Source: Camelus ferus (Eukaryota). From it: 64,000 bases of DNA. The position numbers were made by a program, and so were the translations under genes. The notes beneath the pieces were generated by a model. That model was given only the letters and a program-made list of their open reading frames with translations. It searched no databases and had not been told where the DNA came from. The stretch lies in NCBI RefSeq assembly GCF_009834535.1, contig NC_045696.1:88042001-88106000 (forward strand). The letters are read 5' to 3'. The stretch's first letter is position 1; each line of letters opens with the position of its first letter. Positions 25,083-41,699 of the stretch are shown here, piece by piece.

Positions 25083-25089
25083 GTGTTTA

Positions 25090-27610
25090 TTGCCATTCAA
25101 TGTTCAAGATAGTCCAATAATTCTATATCCAGATTCATCGATTGTTTATATCTTATTCATTTGCTTTATGATCTTCTCTCTCACACACACATACATGTGT
25201 GTATGTGTATGCATAAATTTTTTGAGTCATTTGAAATCAAGTTGGAGAAATGCCTCTATCTCTAAACCCTTCATTTAAAAAAAGCGTATTTTCTCACATA
25301 GCTGTATAATTATGAAAAATAGGAGATTTGTTTAACTTTTAATCCACAGTTGATATTCAAATATCATAAGTTGTACCAAGAAAGCCTTTTGTAGCTAGGT
25401 TTTCTTCTCTCTCTGATTCTAGAATTCACATTAAACTCATGTCATAACACTTTAGTTTCCTTTACATCACTTATCCTAATCTCAGTCATTCTTGACTGGA
25501 GATTTTCAAAACAATAAAGACCAGTGTTTATTTGAGGTTTCCTCATGATTGAATTCAACATATACATTTTGGGCAAGAACACCACAGAAGTGATGTTGTG
25601 TCCTTCTCATTGCACGGTATCAGAAGCCACTTGATGTCTGTATGTCTCCATATAGGTGATATTAACTTTGATAACTTGGTGAAGATGGTACACCCAGTTA
25701 GTTTCTCAACAGCATAGTTACCATTATCCAATTTGCCAATTTGCAATAGATAAGCAATTTACAGGAGAATCTTTGATATAACATAAGCTTCCTGTTCCTT
25801 AAAAACTTTACCTACTAGTTTTAACACCTTTTGACGATATCCTAACTCCATAATTCCTTCTATAGTTGTTTGCTGACATTCTATTATAAGGAAGAGCTTT
25901 CTCTGCTCCTTATTTGTTTGCTTATTTGCTTACATCATTATGGATTCATGGATTATTATTTTACTCAATTAAAAATATATTACAATCATTTTATTTAGAA
26001 GCCAAATTTGTCCCAGATTTAGCCAGTGGGGAGCCCCTTCAAGTTGGTGCCTGTGTCTTTTGACTAGTTCCCATCATTCCCTAAGCACCGTCTTACTTTC
26101 TAGCATAACAAGATAACTCAGGCTTACACTTTCCCCATATTGGCCCTTGATATCTATTATTCGTCCAAGGAGCCCTAGTTTCTTTTAGAGAGTAGTATTT
26201 AGTAAGCAAGATCCAGGCACTAGGTGTGCTCATTGCTACTGGAATGGCATTGCTTCTAAGTCTCCTCAGTGTACAAAGCTAGAAAAGAGAAAACATATAT
26301 AATGTGTATACACACACACAGTGAGTTCATATTAATACCTCCAAATCTAATTCAATACAGCAGGGTACATTTTAGTCTTCCATCTTTCCATATTTGTGAC
26401 TCCCTTCTCCAACATTTAGAAACTGGGTTCCCATCATCCTCAATATATTTACTCATTTTCTCAAGCTTACAATACACTAAACGTAATTTCAGAAGCAGTA
26501 ACTCATACCTCTGTGGCAAGCAAACCTACTATCAGAATTCAGTAGTTTTGGGTTTTTTTTTTTTTTAAGGTTAGGTGGCAAATTTAGATCCAATGCAATG
26601 CATACATGTTAAGGGTACAATCTGATGAATTTCTGACAAACGGATATGCCCATTAACCCACATGCCTATCAAGATATAAAATATTTCCATTACTCCAGAA
26701 AGTTCACTGATGCCCCATTTCAGTCAACCCCTACTTTTCTGGATTTGTTTGTTTCACCATAGACTAGTTTTGCCTGTTCTAAAACTTTAAATAAATTTAA
26801 TTACATAGTAAATAGTAACTTCTTTGCATACAGCTTCTTTCACTCAGCAAAATGTCTGTGAGATCCATTCACATTATTTTGTGTATCAGTAGCTTGCTCC
26901 TCCTTACTGCAGAATGGCCTGCCATTGTATGAATATCCCGTATTTTGTTTACCTGCTCTCTTGCTGATGAATGTGGAGGTTGTTTCTGGCACTGGAGTAT
27001 AATGAACCATATGCTATGAACACTCTTATACAAGATTTTTTGTTAATACATTTTTATTTCTCTTGAGTAAATATCTAGGAGTATAATTGCTGAGTCACAG
27101 GACACATACATGTTTAACCTCTAAGAAACCACCAAACCTTTTCTGAAAGGGTCCCTTTAAAACATACAATTTACATTCCCCAAATCTAGCAGTTCCATCT
27201 GCTCATATATTTGCCAACTTTTCTTGTTGGCCTTTTTAACTTTAGCCATTCCTTGTGTTGGTAGTGTCACTTCACTATTGTTTTTATTTGTGTTTCCCTG
27301 ATACCTGGTGACATTGAGCACATTTTCATGTGTTTACTGACCAGTTGTATACACCCCTTTCTGTACTGTCTTTTCAAGTCTTTTGCCCATTTTTGGCACT
27401 TTTTTTTTATTACTGAGTTGTAAGGAATCTTTATACATTCTGCACATAAATTCTTTGCCAGATATATGTTTTGCAAAAATTTTCTCCAGATTTATGATTA
27501 ATCTGTTAATTTTCTTAATAGTCGTTTGATAAGAAGTTTTTAAAAATTTTGATGAAGTCCAATTTTTCCATCTTTTCCTTATGGTTATTATTTTCTGTGT
27601 TTTTATTTAA
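25090..27610 (-). mobile_element. Old L1M (L1MC/MD/ME-type) 3' fragments
   Basis: 3'UTR-like segments plus the ORF2-end remnant KWAKDLKRQ..KHMKMCS..IRETQIKT at 27267-27476. Confidence 0.7.
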
Positions 27611-27739
27611 TCTTGCAGGTTTCTTTCTAGCTATCTTGAATTATTTTCTAAATAGTAAAGAATAATGTTTAATAACATGTTTGTAATCTAAAATTATTGT
27701 ATTCTACTTAGCTTTCTTTTTATTATACTTTGTCTAATC

Positions 27740-27928
27740 TAGTGACTATCAATCTGGGGGAGATTTTGACCCTCAGGAGACATTTGGCAATGTCTGGAAA
27801 CACTTTTGATTGTTACAACTATAGGAAAGGGGTGATATTAGCATCTACTGGGTAGAGTCCAGGGATGCTGCTAAGCATCCTACAAGAAATCCCCAAATGC
27901 CAGTAATGCCAAGGTTGATAAACCTCTG
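27740..27928 (+). mobile_element. MER20 (hAT-Charlie)
   Basis: GGAGACATTTGGCAATGTCTGGAAACAC..GGCATCTA-like..CCAGGGATGCTGCTAAGCATCCTACA..GCCAAGGTTGATAAACC. Confidence 0.85.
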
Positions 27929-30900
27929 TCTCACCTGAATTGGTAAGAGGGGAGAGAGATGGAACAACAGACATATCTTGGTTTCATTAACTTAAAACAG
28001 ATAATTAAATGTTTGAGCCAATGAAAAGCACATAATAACATGAACTCAGCTCCTAGGAAGCTGCAAGTTCCTAGGAAGATCTGAAGTTATTGGGACTTCT
28101 TTGGTCAAAGGAATCTAAGCCAATGCTTAGATCTAAGGCATGGCTTAAAAAAAAAAAAATGAGAGCAGGTCTGCCTCTTACAGAAGGAGTCCCATTAGTA
28201 AAGGGTTACTGCTCAAGCTAAATTAAAACAAATCAGTGACATTTTTCTCTTCATTATGTGCACAAATCTCCCATAAAAATCAATGAAAGCCACATCTGTG
28301 TAACAGAGATCAGAATGCAGCTAATTCAGGCTCTAACTTGCTAACCCTTCCAGGGCTCATAAACCTCACAATAGTTGCTCGGGAACAGGAGGACCATGTG
28401 ATGAGCACAGCAGCTCAAGCCAAATCCTGGATGAACCATCCAGATCATTCTGCTCTCTGGTTTATCAGGCAGCTGAGAAATCTTAAGGTTCTGGATGTGA
28501 TCACAACTGGAACAGAACTCCAGGGAGTTCCAAATCAAAGGATGAGCCACTGCACTTATAAAAACATTTTCCTCCTAATTATCAACATGGTCTGTATTTA
28601 CTGTAGAAAATACAAAAATATAGAAAACTATAAATAAAAACATTGTCTATTAATTCATCATCCAGAAGCAATCACTATTGCCTTTTTGGAAGAGCTACCT
28701 TTGGGTAAAATTTGTCTGTGTAATTCTTTTTTTACTTACTCAAGATCTAACTTTATATACAATTTTGTACCCTGGCTTTTTCACAGAACATTTTCCCATG
28801 TGATTAACAAAATCTTTGAAGTATTATTTTGATGTGTACCCTACTCATCAGTCACCAGATTTTATCATAATTTTTTCTTACCAATTGTTTATTTCTTATT
28901 GGATCTAGATTGCTTCTAATTTTTCACCATTCCAGATAATGCAATGACATCTATCCTTGTGCAGATATGTTTCTTCTCATTTTGTATTATTTTCATAGCA
29001 TGCAGTCCCCAAAGTGCAACAGCAGGTATGATTTAGACCACTTCAAGACTCTTTATGTATACTGCCAATTTTTTTTCTGAAACACATTGCATTAATTTAC
29101 TTTCCTCAGAGCAGTGTATACACCCTCAACTCACTGTTACCCCAGCAGATCTTTAACTGTACTAATATATTAGGTACTTTGATATTTATTTATTTCGTCT
29201 TCTCCCTCTCAGAGGAAAGTGACAGAAGAAAGGATCACAGCAGGTAAAACTGTCAGCATTAATTTACCCTGGAGCTGATAATAATACATGATGTTTTGCT
29301 GTCAAACGTCATGGTAGGAAACAAAGAATTCTAACAGCCTGAAAAATACTGAACTGAAATACGAACAATCTTATCTTGTAAGGTAAGAGAAGTTTAGGCT
29401 TTATATAATCAAAAAAGATCTCCAAGTACATATGCACATATAAAGTCAAATATAATACATTTTTTAAAAAATCAATCTTTATATATGTGGGGGTAAAAAG
29501 GCAACATATCACCATTAACTATTATGTTTTCCTGGATCTCTATGTAGTGCAATGATACAACATTAAATACGGTTTGTGTGCAGAGTTCGGCTGTGTTGTC
29601 GAGTGTCAGAACAGATATTGATGCTGAGAACTAGGAAATGATCGAGTTAGAAGAATAAGCACTCTTTGATGACCTGGGACTGAGTATTTTCACCTGTGCA
29701 GGGTCAAATCCGGGAAGAAAAGTCATTTTGGCTACTGTTCCCTTTTCACCACTTCTGACATTTGACTATATTACACTAGCCCTGGGAAGTAGAAAATGGA
29801 AGGGAAAAAAAAAAAAGCAAGATAGAAGGAAGATGGACTTTAGGAGATCAAAAAAAAAAAAAAAAAGTATCAGTGTAGAACACTTAAAGAGAAAAAAAAT
29901 CCTTCAAGTAGCACAGAAAGCTGAAAACCAGGTTTGTCTTGACTAGTGTCTTACAGAATCTTATAACCTTACGTTCACCTTGTGATCTTGAGATCCATCT
30001 TGAGGGCAGAGGCCATGTCTCAAACTTTATTTCAGTTCATAGTAAGAAACTCAGTACTTTATCCATGGTAGGTATTCATAACTTTTTTAAATTTTGAGAT
30101 AAAAAGTATTTATTCTGTAATTCATGAAATATTTATCAAATGCCCACTATGTCCCCAGTACTATTCCAAGCAGGCCCTGGGAAAAGAGTGGTGAACAAAG
30201 CAAGACCTCTGCCCTCATGGATCTCAGAGTCCAGTGTGAACTTAAAGCTTTATTGACAAAAGCAGGCAGACTTTTGTTTGGGCCACTGTTTGCCAATTTG
30301 ATTTTTTTAAATAGTGCATTCTTTAAAAAAAAATATTGATATAACTTATACTGATCATTGAGGGTTTTTTGGCCCTCAATGCAAGTACCTCTCAGCTTAC
30401 CCTAATCCAAGCTCTGGTGAGATGTGTCTTTGAAAAGTTGACATGACAATTAGAAATTGTCTCATCACAGTAGAAAACTCCTTGGGGATGATGTGTCCAA
30501 GAATCAGTCTGTCCAGGCTGCAAAGCTACAACAGGAGCAGTAGTAGTAGTTAGTTGTGGTTAGAGGATTTCTCAGGAAGAGAAAAGCTATTTGACAACAA
30601 ATATTTACTGAGTTCCTACTCTGTGCCAGGCAATATTCTGGAACTGACAATACTGCCATGAATCTATTGACAGATTTTCTGCCCACACAATGTTTACAAT
30701 CTAGTTAGAGTCAAAGGTGAGGCAGTAACAATGACCACAAACCATAAAGTATTATCAGATACTAGTAATTTCACTAAAGAAAGCAAAGCAGGGTGTTGGG
30801 ATAGCCCATGAGTCAGCAGCGTGAGTGGGGTTGGGTTATGGTTGGGGCACTGACTCTAAGGAGATAACAACTGAGATAAAACCTGAACCTGAGATGAACC

Positions 30901-31199
30901 TGATGAGTAAGAGCTAGACATTCAATAATCTGGGGAAATATTATTCCAGGCAGAGAGAAAAGCAAGTAGAAAGGCTTTGACATATGAACCAATTTTGTTG
31001 TCTCAAAACTGAAAAAGAACTGTGACTGGAGTAGAGGGGACAGGGGGAGGCAGAATGGTTGGAGTGAAGCTGAAGAGGTTGGCGAGTGAGTCACGTAGGA
31101 TTTTGTAGGCCCTATGAGGAGCTTGGAGATTTTTCCTTTTTACATCCATGGGAAGCCAGAGCAGAGTTTCAACTTGATTTGCATAAGAAAAGATCATTG

Positions 31200-33852
<2,653 letters not shown>

Positions 33853-34049
33853 AAGAAAAGATCATTGTACAATGGTTTGGATTGGAACAAGAATAGAGGC
33901 TGGTTGGAGATAGCGAGGTAGCCTAGCAGAGAGAGGACGGTGACTGAGCCTACATCATAGCAGTGAAAACAGAGAGAAGTGGAGAAATCCCAGACAGACC
34001 GTGGAGGTGGGACCATCAGGCCTTTCTCCTGGACTGGCTCTAACCCCAC

Positions 34050-34190
34050 CACTTACTGGGCAAGTTTACACAACCTCTTCGTATCTCAGTTTTCTCATTT
34101 GTAAGAGGAAGACAATAACTGTGCTTATTTCATAACATTGAAGTTCTTAGGATATAGAGCCTGGCACATACTAAAGTGCTCAAGAAATGT
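34050..34190 (+). mobile_element. MIR fragment
   Basis: GGGCAAGTTTAC..CTCAGTTTTCTCATTTGTAAGAGG..GCCTGGCACATACTAAAGTGCTCAA. Confidence 0.65.
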
Positions 34191-34963
34191 CACGTACCAC
34201 TATCTTCACCATTTACACGTGGAGGAAGAGAGGAATTAAAAAGGGCCTTCGGTCTGGTCTGAGCCACTGGTAGACAAGGCTGTTTTTGAGATGGGAAAGA
34301 TGGAAAGGCACACTTAGGAGACAGGAAATTCAGAGTTCTCTTTTGAACTTGTTCATCAGAGATGCTCGTGGAAAATCCTTTTTTTTTTTCAAAATAGATA
34401 TTAATATTTAAAAAATTATCCAAGCTGGCTTTTTATTACTCACAAGTTATTGTGAAAATTTTTAAACAATTTGTACCACCCCTTCCAGGAAAGTGTGTTC
34501 TGTCCTTACAGTCCTCATTGGCAGTGTATTTTGATGTTATAGAAAATAACACAAACATTTCATGTAACTTTGTAAAAATGTACAATGACATGGCAGAAGC
34601 CAGAATCCCTATGGTGAATTATAAAAGAAAACACATTTTTTCTTCAAGCTTAAGTGTTATTGAAGTTATATAAACAGCGAATTACAAAACAAATAGTGAA
34701 CGAACACCTGTGTATAATTTTTCAAAGCAAAAATGATTAGTTATACATTTTTTTCATTTTATTTCAGCCTTTCCAAAGCACTTTTAAAAGCCAAAGTTGC
34801 AAATTTTCCAGTCACCTGAGTCTGGAACTCACGAAAAGGCTAATACTGAAGATAGAACATCATCAACAGACAGATGCATTTAAACCTGGAGAATTAGGAC
34901 AGGTCACCTTAGGAGACAGTGTAAACAGAGAAGGAAAAAAAAAAGGCCAAGGACTGAGCCCAC

Positions 34964-35015
34964 AAGAATGCCAAATTTCAAAAAAAAAAAAAAAAAAAGA
35001 CTGCCAAATTTCAAA
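34964..35015 (+). mobile_element. Poly(A)-only insertion flanked by a TSD
   Basis: AAGAATGCCAAATTTC, then an A run (34980-34998), then AAGACTGCCAAATTTC. Confidence 0.7.
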
Positions 35016-36988
35016 CTGAGGGAGGAAAAAGGAGTCAACAAAAGCTTAGAGGAATAGTCAGAGAAATGGGAGTAAGCTAGGAAGGTGTGGTGTTGTGGAA
35101 ACCAGGGGAGGATCCTAGCATTTTAACCCACACCCAATATTTTATAATGAATAGTTATACTTTTCTGATAAAATACAAGTTAAAAGCACAGAGTCGACTT
35201 CAATTTCTCTGCAACAGTGCTCCACACCAATTTTAAAAAATGCAATTAAAAAGTTGAGGAAACACCTTGTAATTTGGTTTGGGATATATACTCTTTCCCA
35301 GCTTAGAAAGAGATCCTCACAGCAATTTCCCCAGAACTTTGTAATTCACTGGAGTAGAAGATAATAGATGCAATAAATAGAAATTATCATATAAATGCCA
35401 AGTCCTATTACTTTATATGAAATAAATTCCCCAGGTGACTACAAAGATATGAAAATACATAATGCATAACTTGATCATTCAGTTTAGAAAGATCAATATG
35501 AGAGATTGATTGCATTTTTATTGAAAGCTAGGATCCATGTGATTGTTAGGTAATGAAGAACATCTTCAGGGAATGCACATTATAGAAAAAGTAAATAAAT
35601 TAAATTCATGAACTCATACCTGACAAGTGATACACAAAGGAAAACAAAAACAAAATTCCATTGAGAGCATGGACAATAGCCTTTATTTCTAGCCAAGCAG
35701 GACTTTCTAAGTGTAACAGGTTTAGGAATTCTTGTTGTTAAATTAGTGCTAAATATCATAGATTAAGCAAGGCAAAATCTGTAATTTCTAAGGAATTTTG
35801 TCATTCTTAATTTTTAATACTTCTTATTTTCACATTTAAAAAAAGTACTTTTTATATTTGCATCCTTGGTTTGAAGAGCATTGTTTTCTCAGAGTCAAAT
35901 TATTCCACATTTATTTATACCTTGCTTTGTTCACAACACACAAAATGAGGTTGTTTTAATGTTGCATAAAACACACAAGTATAAACTAATTGACAGTATA
36001 GAAGTCAAAGGAATTTAAGAGTTAAAAATAGTAATTCCACCAGTAAAACTACAACACAGAAATTTGAACCATTTTGTCATGTACAGGCCTAAAAACAGCC
36101 ACAAATTGGGGTTTACATTTTCAGGTCATCATAACAAAGAGGAGACAAAATCATAAGATTTTTTCTTAATTAAAAACAGACAAAAGATGAAGGAAAGGCA
36201 TATGTTTTGCCCAACAGGAAAGCCTCAAAGAAATTGCCACCATAAAGTCCTTAAAATTTCACATATATTATTTCCCTCATCCTCACAAAAATCTTTCTAA
36301 GGGAGGCCTTAATCTTAGTAACTATCCCCTTAATTGGCTATGCATTTTTTAGTCTGTGTGATTATTTTTAGCATTTTCATATCTTAGCTGTAATCTTTAA
36401 CTCTGCCCTCTACTGTATCCTCCCACATTGTAGCAATCTCAAATCCTATTGATTTTGCTGCTCAATATTTCTCATATTCTTTTAATGTGACCCTCTCTCC
36501 CCTGTCCCCACTCATTTCAGTGAATATCCTCACACCTGGATTCCATGATAACCTTGTGACTGATATGTCACTCCTACAGACATCTCTACCATCCATTTTA
36601 TAATGGCATTTGATTTTTTAAAATCTCTTTACGTTGGCCCCATTATCTTAAGAAAAAATCCAGACCCTTTAACATAGTTTGTAAGTCCTTCATGACTGGG
36701 TCCTACTTATTTTTCTAGAATCATTATTCCTCTCAACATCCATACTTCCTCTCAATCTTATTATAAACTTGGGGTCCAAGCTCCTCCCCTCTGACTTTTG
36801 CACTGGTCCCTCTCTTTGGAATAAACACCCTCACCTTCATCTACATCCTCTGCAGCATTTAGGATTCAGGTTATTTCACTGGAGAACCGACTCTTGACTT
36901 GCCTCCCCTTGTCCAATGTCTCAGTAGAGTGCTATACTTTCACTAGACTTTCTTCTGTTGCAGCCTTTATCATAGTTTATTTAATCAC

Positions 36989-37337
36989 TGCTGATCTGAA
37001 TGTTTGTGTCTCGTGAAAACTCCTATGTTGAACACCTAATGCCCAAGGTGATGGTATTCAGAGGTGGGGCCTTTAGGGGCGTGATTAGCTCAGGAGGGCA
37101 GAGCCCCCGGGAATGGGATCAGTCACTTCATAAAAAGGTTCCAGGATCTCCCTAGCTCCTTCTGCCATGCGAAGATACAATGAGAAGCCTAAGACCTGAA
37201 AAGGGACCCTCTCCCAACCCTTCTGGCACCCTGATCTCAGACATCCAGCCTTCAGAATTGTGAGAAATAAATAGCTGTGGTTTATAAACCACCCAGGCGG
37301 TAGTGTTTTGGTATAGTAGCTGGAATGGACTAAGGCA
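36989..37337 (+). mobile_element. MaLR LTR (MLT1A-like)
   Basis: CTGAATGTTTGTGTC..GTGATGGTATTCAGAGGTGGGGCCTTT..GTGAGAAATAAA..GGACTAAGGCA. Confidence 0.85.
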
Positions 37338-37372
37338 ATCTCCTTACTTACTATTCAATTGCGTGGCTCTAT

Positions 37373-38013
37373 TGAGAGAGGATGGGGGCAGAGCACAGCC
37401 ATTCAAGGAATGACACAGCAATTAACATCAAAATGGTGGAAGATTCGAACCTCAGTAGGCCTTGAGGCTCAAGATGGTGGGAGATTTGACTTCGAGCAGA
37501 TATTGAGCTTCATTTTACGCCCATATTAGCATGGTAAATAGCATGGCCCACATGCGCCATGACAGTCCCAAGGCTAGCCACAAAAGGTCAAAGAGTGGGA
37601 AATCGCCAACTTCCTGGGAATCCCAGCCCCTTCCCCAGGCTAGTTAGACTAGTCCTTCCACTTATTAGCATCTTAAGCTAACGAGCTCACAAAAAACTGG
37701 CAACACAGTGCCTCGCGGCTGCTCTCTCACCACCCTCTCTTTCTCCCCCTTTGGAGATGGCCGGCACTCTGTCTGTGGAGTGTGTACCTACTGTTACTCT
37801 AATCTGAGCACCCAACCCCCACACCTCATGGCTTTTCTCTTGCCTTTTGATGTATCTCTCTAAATAAATTTATCTTTACTCAACTGTGGCTCACTCTTGA
37901 ATTCTTTCCTGCGTGAAGCTAAGGACCCACACTTGGCAGGGCACGTCCCAGGGGCTCAACCGAAGCCTGGGACACAGCCCTCCTCACGCCCCGTATCTGT
38001 TTTTCCTGCATCA
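37373..38013 (+). mobile_element. ERV1 solo LTR, MER41-like, 641 bp
   Basis: TG..CA ends, 4-bp TSD CTAT (37369-37372, 38014-38017), GCGCCATGACAGT and TTGAATTCTTTCCTGCGTGAAG motifs, AATAAA. Confidence 0.85.
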
Positions 38014-38175
38014 CTATGACTACCCTGCATTTTAGTTTTCTTTTTCAAAGTTTGGTCCTTAGATCACATCTGGGGTATTTGTTTAAAAAATGCAGATTCC
38101 TGGTTCCTAACTCTAGACCAGACTCTGACACCTTGAGAATAGAATATGAGAACATGCTCTTTTAACAAACACCCT

Positions 38176-38960
38176 AGACTGGTGCTATTTAACAGAAATA
38201 CCCTATGTAATCTTAAATTTTCTAGTAGCAACATTTAAGAAGGTAAAAAGAAAGAGGAGAAATCAACTTTGCTAGTATATTTAACCCAATCCCTACCTAA
38301 AACATTATTATTTGAACAGGTAATCAATATAAATATTATTAATAGATACTTCACATTTTTTATACCAATTCCTCAAAATCCAGTGAGTAACTTATGCTTG
38401 CAGTACATCTCAATTCCAACTAGCCACATTTCAAGCGCTCATGGCCTTGCCAACTGAAGACCATCACTTGCCATCAGGCTCTACAAGGATTAAGTCATTA
38501 GTTATTCAGTCCGTGATCTTCAACCTCCCTTCAAAAGGGTGAAGATCAGGAAGGAGGCACTCTGTGCTCTGGGAAAAAAACTGGCAGAACAGGCCTTCAG
38601 AGAGTTAGATATTTTCTGGAGAAAGTTTTATGAACCCAATTTCTTGCATCTTCTCATACCTAGAAAAGCACTAAAAATCTTTACTAGAGAGACCTGCTCC
38701 TAGCGAATGGCAGCATCCTTCTTGTGACTAGCAGCATCCTTCTACCAAGAAGTGTGCTTCATTGCACGTACCCCCTTTACCAAATCATATGTATACTGAC
38801 CTCAGAGCAGCTCTTCAAGGCTATCTGAGAGGCTGTTTCCCAGGTTGCAGTCCTCAGTAAACCCCAAATAAAACTGAACTCACAGCTCTCCATTGTGCAT
38901 TTTTCTTCAGTCAACAGCCACATGTAGCAAGTGGCTGCCCTTTAAGACAAAATAACCCAG
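38176..38960. mobile_element. MER33/MER3-like hAT element split by an LTR, preceded by a MER5-like fragment (about 38045-38175)
   Basis: TAAATTTTCTAGTAGC..CTAGCCACATTTCAAGCGCTCA|LTR|GCCACATGTAGCAAGTGGCT. Confidence 0.7.
38448..38916 (+). mobile_element. ERV1-type solo LTR
   Basis: Terminal inverted motif TG..ACTGAAGA / TCTTCAGTCAACA, AATAAA near the 3' end, degenerate TSD GCCT/GCCA. Confidence 0.75.
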
Positions 38961-40539
38961 ATGGTTCCGTTACAAGATACCGATAATTTAACTCTGATAA
39001 AGGAAACTATGACTGTCTTTCATATAATTTTAACTCTAATACCCATGCCAAGCACATAGCAGACAATCAATAAATTCTTGTTTTGCTGTTGAATGTTACA
39101 CATTTTAGTTTAAAAAGAGCATAAAAAGATCTTGAAAAATCAGAACAAGAAGCAGTCTCTGAGAGGTGCTTTAAATATGGCAAGTCTCAGCCTCACAAAG
39201 CTAAAGAAAAATGTCTCTGTTCCCACAGCCACTTACATCATGACTGCCACATTGCCCTGTTATAATTACTCTGAGCTCAAAAGTATAATGGCCACTTGAA
39301 AACATCTTGAGCTGAGAAAAGTTGGGATAAGAAAATGGGAAAAGGGCAGGAGGAACCTACAAGTAATTACATTTGTCACCAAAAATTATAACAAAAACAT
39401 CCTCATCCACGTGTATATTTTAGCATCCTTCTCTGCAGCCTTCATCTCCAAGGCCATGAATTCAGCCTCACCTTTTGAAACATGTTCCAGCTTCAAGGCT
39501 TATGATTATTTCTCCAAAAAGAAAAGAAGCGAGGAGCTATGATCTAAACACAGACGTTAACTATCAAAAAGGCTGTGAAATCTCATATTAACCTGGCAAA
39601 TTTCTGTTTTCTCACTTTCTGGGGAAAAAAATAAGAAGCACCATGCTTATATGATGTATAACAAAGAATCTTATTTTTTCCCAAATGTCAGCAGATACTT
39701 TTCAAGTCTACCCTGAAAGAGTAACACAGCAACCCTGAAACAGGAAAGGAGTGAAGAATAGAAGCCCAGCTTGACCCCCCAACTTTGCTTATCTCCATTA
39801 CTTTTTAATGTGCAAAATAGCAGTAACAAGTAACAATAGGTTTTCCTGCATCCTGTTGACTTCAATGTAAGCAGGAGAAAAAAACTTGTCATTTCCCGTA
39901 TGGTAATCCAATTCCTGTGTTGTTTATGCTGTTTGGGTATGTGAAACACTTAATATGAACATCTTCAAAATTTCCATCAATATTCCTGTATTCAAGGGGA
40001 AAGAAATTTATGTAAAAATGACCTCTGCTGCTTCAAGGATCATTAGAAAAAAAGAAAGAAATGAGAGGTAATGCTCTCAAAGCAAACTCAGAAAACAATG
40101 AAATTCCAGCTCTGCCTTTAGCTTCTGCTCCCTCACTCTCTTCCTTCTATACCCTGCACACCACTGGGGAAGGGGGCAGTACACGTCTTCTTTCTACTTA
40201 AGCCGGAAGCATGTGAAAAGCATCTGGCCAGATGTGAAATTTGCTGAGGAACCAAGGTGGTGCCTATTCTTCTGCCTGTTCTCTCCAGTCATTTCAGCTG
40301 TGTGACTCTGTTTCCTAAATTTGTGCCCAGACTTTTGAACTCCGTTCTGAGTCCTCCTGGTTCTCCTCTGTTCAGTCCCAAGGCATCAACCCGACCTGGA
40401 GGCTGGCCCCTGCAGTGTCTAACATACCTACTTCTGGTTCCTCCCTGTGCTCGGCATTCACCCAGAACAGTCCTGGCATAGAGAAACTTGACTTTAGAAG
40501 TGCACCTGCAAAGTGTGGTTTTCCAGTGAATGTTCCAGC

Positions 40540-40983
40540 TGTTGCCGGAGAATAAGTTTTTCCTTGCACAGGAAAGAATTCAAGAGAAAAGCACAGTGGC
40601 ACAGTTAAGTGAAAGCAAGTATATTTAGAGAGATACACACTTTATAGACAGAGTGTGGGCTGTCTCAGTAGGCAAGAGGGTGACCACGAGTTCCAGGGTG
40701 GTTAGTTTTTATGGGCTCAGTAATTTCGTATGCTAATATGGGGGAGGATTATTCCAACTATGCTGGGAAAGGGGTGAGGACTTCCAGGAATTGGTCCCCC
40801 CTCCACTTTTTGACCTTTTGTGGTCAGCCCAGGAACTGTCATGGCGCCTGTGGGTGCACCATAGGCTCTAGGTCTACGGGAAGTCTAATCTTCCACCATC
40901 TTGGTTCTAACCAGTTTGTCCTGTCCTCAATTGCTGTGTCATTCCCTCAATGATTGTGCCCTGCCCCCTTCCCTCCTATCTCA
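40540..40983 (-). mobile_element. ERV1 solo LTR, MER41-like, 444 bp
   Basis: TG..CA ends, 4-bp TSD CAGC (40536-40539, 40984-40987). Shares reverse-complement blocks with 37373-38013 (ACTGTCATGGCGC, TTTGACCTTTTGTGG, AATTGCTGTGTCATTCC). Confidence 0.85.
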
Positions 40984-41699
40984 CAGCGACAATGCAAAGG
41001 GAACCATCAGGGAAGCTGAGGGAACAAAGGTACTCTGAACAGAGAAAAACTCCATGCTAAAGGACAAAGCACAGCTGAGGTCTGTCAGATTGACCCAAAG
41101 CTTCAACTTTGCCTCTGCCCTCCGCTTCCAATAAACATAAGTGAAACGTACATAGAGCAGGGAAATGTGTGGCAGTGTGGAGTCAGAACGCTACTTCACT
41201 TCATTTCACGAAGATCTGAAACCATGCAGCAAGGATTTTACAGTAACTTAGGTTAAATCTAGGACTATAGATAAGTTTTAACATTTGACTCCTTTAGTTA
41301 TCCAACCAAAATATATCAACCATCTTTTCTCCATTTCCTTTCACTTCAGTGTTGTTTTAAGCCTTATGAAAATCAAATATCTCTCTCTAAAATGAGATTC
41401 ATATAAAAGGATATATTCATAGAATGGACAATCGATTGTAAAGCTTTACTCTCCAAAATGTGGCTACAAATTGACACCAAACTGTTGAATGGAAAATACA
41501 GAAGCAGACCCAGCAAATGTTCACTCTTTCAAGAGCCTTGGCAAGTTAAAAGAGGAGGGATTGCCTATCTAGAATAGGATCCCAAAGTCCTAAAAGAGTT
41601 TTAAGAGCAAAGAGATTTGGGCATTACTATGAACTCAGCAAAGGAGTCAGTTAAGCAATAGATCTTAAACAATAATAAGCTCTTAAAATATCTATGAAA

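Noticed and set aside
28338..28637. 99-aa ORF in unique sequence
   Set aside because: Non-ATG start, no recognisable domain or splice structure
37373..40983. The two MER41-like LTRs as the ends of one provirus
   Set aside because: Opposite orientation, different lengths and separate TSDs (CTAT versus CAGC)
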